This document shows positions 62,238 to 64,000 of a DNA stretch of 64,000 bases, piece after piece. How positions within the stretch are numbered: position 1 is the stretch's first letter; the number at the start of each line of letters is the position of its first letter. Location of the stretch: the NCBI GenBank assembly GCA_963748815.1, contig CAVVKJ010000005.1, positions 160,001-224,000 of the forward strand. The letters run 5' to 3'. Source of the stretch: an uncultured Gemmatimonadales bacterium (GTDB lineage Bacteria > Gemmatimonadota > Gemmatimonadetes > Gemmatimonadales > GWC2-71-9). The notes beneath the pieces are model-generated. The model was given only the letters and a program-made list of their open reading frames with translations, searched no databases and was not told the DNA's origin. Made by a program: the position numbers and the translations under genes.

Positions 62238-64000
62238 CTACTTCCGGAAGAGGTACGCGAGTTTCAGGAAGAAGCCGTCCGTCTGGCGCTGCAGGGTGGT
62301 GAAATCCCAGGCGTCGGTCGTGGTCGAGGCAGACCCGTAGCCCAGGAAGGCGACGGTGCCGGGGCTTGGTTCATAGGAGGCGAGTACATCGAGCCGAAGC
62401 CCCTGGTTGTTGCGAGCCGGAACCGGCACGCCATTGATGAGGAGCGGCTGGCCGGTGGCGGGGTCAAGCAACTGGGCACGACGGGTGGACTGGTACTCGG
62501 TGATGAGCCGGAAGAAGAGCGGCCGGGAGGGTTGGTACTCGAACTTGAATCGCGGGATCACGCTGTTCGCGTACTCCGAACCGTCCGACACGCGGTTGAG
62601 GTTCGCGTAGGCCACACGGCCCTCGAAACGGAGGGTCTTGCTCGGTCGGAAGTTGACACTCGCGCTGAGCGTCGAGCCTTGCCCCTCGCTGCCTTCGGCG
62701 TACAGCGGCGCGTGGCCGAACTCGTAGCTGGCCGAGGCGTTGAAGAACTGGTAGGTGGGCGTGGTGACCGAGAATTTTCCGGTGTACAGGTTGTCGAGCC
62801 CGTCGGGCGGCACGAAGGGGACGCCGGGAGCGGATTCCAGCCCATCGTAGTCGGCCAGGTAGAACGAGGTGAAGTTCCGCGCCGCCTTGGCACTCAACTG
62901 CCAGCCGCCGCGGAGCTGAAACTGGAAGGTGGCGTCCTGAGTCCCTTCGGCCGGGCTGTTGCTCGTGAACCCGTCGTACTCGTAGATCCAGGTCGGGCCG
63001 AAGAAGACGGTAAAGGTCTGGAGCGTCGCGTCCTCGGCGCCGTAGAACGCCAGGCGGTTGAAGATGTGGGCCGTCACGATGTTGTTGCGCGGCACGAAAC
63101 CTGACCCGGCAATGAAGTCCTCGCCGATGCCGTTGATGGTGTAGTTGAAGCCCCACATCCGGCCGGTGCGGTCGAACGTCAGCTTCCAGATCGGGTCGGT
63201 GGCGGTACCCGCGCCGTCGTCCAGGTTGGTCCAGGACTGTCCGTATTGCGCTTCCACGAAATAGAGCTTCGCGACGATGATGTGGGCGTCGCCTTCGAGG
63301 AGCCGGTTGTAGGCGCCGCCCTGGATCCGGTCGGTGTAGGTCAGGCCGGCCACGCTGCTCTCGCCGAAGTCGCGACGCACACGGACCAGGTTGAACCAGG
63401 CGTCGTCGATCTCCTTGTAGTCGTCCACCGCGCCGAGGTAGGCGATGCTGTTGCGCCCGACCTTGCCGGTCACCTTGGCGCCGCCGTACGGATCGGCGAT
63501 GCGCCGGGTGTAGATGAGGTTGCCCGGGGTGGAGAAGAGGTCGATGCCCTTGAGGAAGAAGGGCCGCTTTTCAGGAACGAAGAGGTCGAAGCGTTCGTTG
63601 ACGGTAATCAGCCCCACGTCGCTCTCGACCTGGCTGAAGTCGGGGTTGACCGTGCCGTCGAAGGCCAGGGTGGTCGTCGCCAACTGCAGGTTGACGCCGA
63701 CGCTGGGCTTCGGGTCGTCGCGCGTGAACGTGGCGTCGTCCACCCGGTTGCCCGCCCATCCCGCCGTGACGAACGGCTGCGCCTCGAAGACGAGCCCGCG
63801 CTGCATTCCCTCGAGCCCGGTCAGGGTGCCCTCCTGGGCGAGGAAGCTCGAGTTGGCCCGCCGGACGTCGGTCCAGGTGTCTTCGTAGGCGGTGCGCTGC
63901 ACGTAGCGCACCGCGTTGAACCCCCAGGACTGCGGCCCTGCGCCGCCGTATTGCAGGCTCTTGAACGGAACCCGGACCTCCACCTCGTATCCCTGCTCCG
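62238..64000 (-). CDS. DUF5916-like outer-membrane protein (5' end outside the window)
   Basis: EVRVPFKSLQY, VNPDFSQVESD, PEKRPFF, GFFLKLAYLF. Confidence 0.75.
   Translation of the reverse strand, partial: EQGYEVEVRVPFKSLQYGGAGPQSWGFNAVRYVQRTAYEDTWTDVRRANSSFLAQEGTLTGLEGMQRGLVFEAQPFVTAGWAGNRVDDATFTRDDPKPSVGVNLQLATTTLAFDGTVNPDFSQVESDVGLITVNERFDLFVPEKRPFFLKGIDLFSTPGNLIYTRRIADPYGGAKVTGKVGRNSIAYLGAVDDYKEIDDAWFNLVRVRRDFGESSVAGLTYTDRIQGGAYNRLLEGDAHIIVAKLYFVEAQYGQSWTNLDDGAGTATDPIWKLTFDRTGRMWGFNYTINGIGEDFIAGSGFVPRNNIVTAHIFNRLAFYGAEDATLQTFTVFFGPTWIYEYDGFTSNSPAEGTQDATFQFQLRGGWQLSAKAARNFTSFYLADYDGLESAPGVPFVPPDGLDNLYTGKFSVTTPTYQFFNASASYEFGHAPLYAEGSEGQGSTLSASVNFRPSKTLRFEGRVAYANLNRVSDGSEYANSVIPRFKFEYQPSRPLFFRLITEYQSTRRAQLLDPATGQPLLINGVPVPARNNQGLRLDVLASYEPSPGTVAFLGYGSASTTTDAWDFTTLQRQTDGFFLKLAYLFRK

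Overview
High-GC bacterial chromosomal window; gene content and gene style (many 6-bladed beta-propeller lipoproteins, Ig-like+PD40 protein, DUF5916-like OMP) suggest Gemmatimonadota, which is an inference. It holds about 57 genes: housekeeping (gyrA, leuS, fabH, selD, rnhA-like, pncB/pncA, leuB-like), a tandem RND pump, signalling genes (REC-GAF-GGDEF, Ser/Thr kinase, MCP, ECF sigma/anti-sigma/PDZ) and a probable iron module (ceruloplasmin-like two-domain multicopper oxidase, ferritin-like/VIT1 fusion, YggX). More than 10 genes, including the essential leuS, carry single-base frameshifts that are most likely long-read errors. The main unexplained structure is a dense, modular set of at least six short intergenic repeat families. 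One family brackets a DUF559 endonuclease gene as inverted repeats inside an array of divergent beta-propeller lipoprotein genes, and repeat copies also supply the C-termini of several proteins. Other leads are an RNase HI with an apparently relocated catalytic Glu coupled to a Rof/WYL-like small protein, and an ECF promoter motif shared by the sigma gene and a single-blade mini-protein. No rRNA, tRNA or CRISPR array was recognised.
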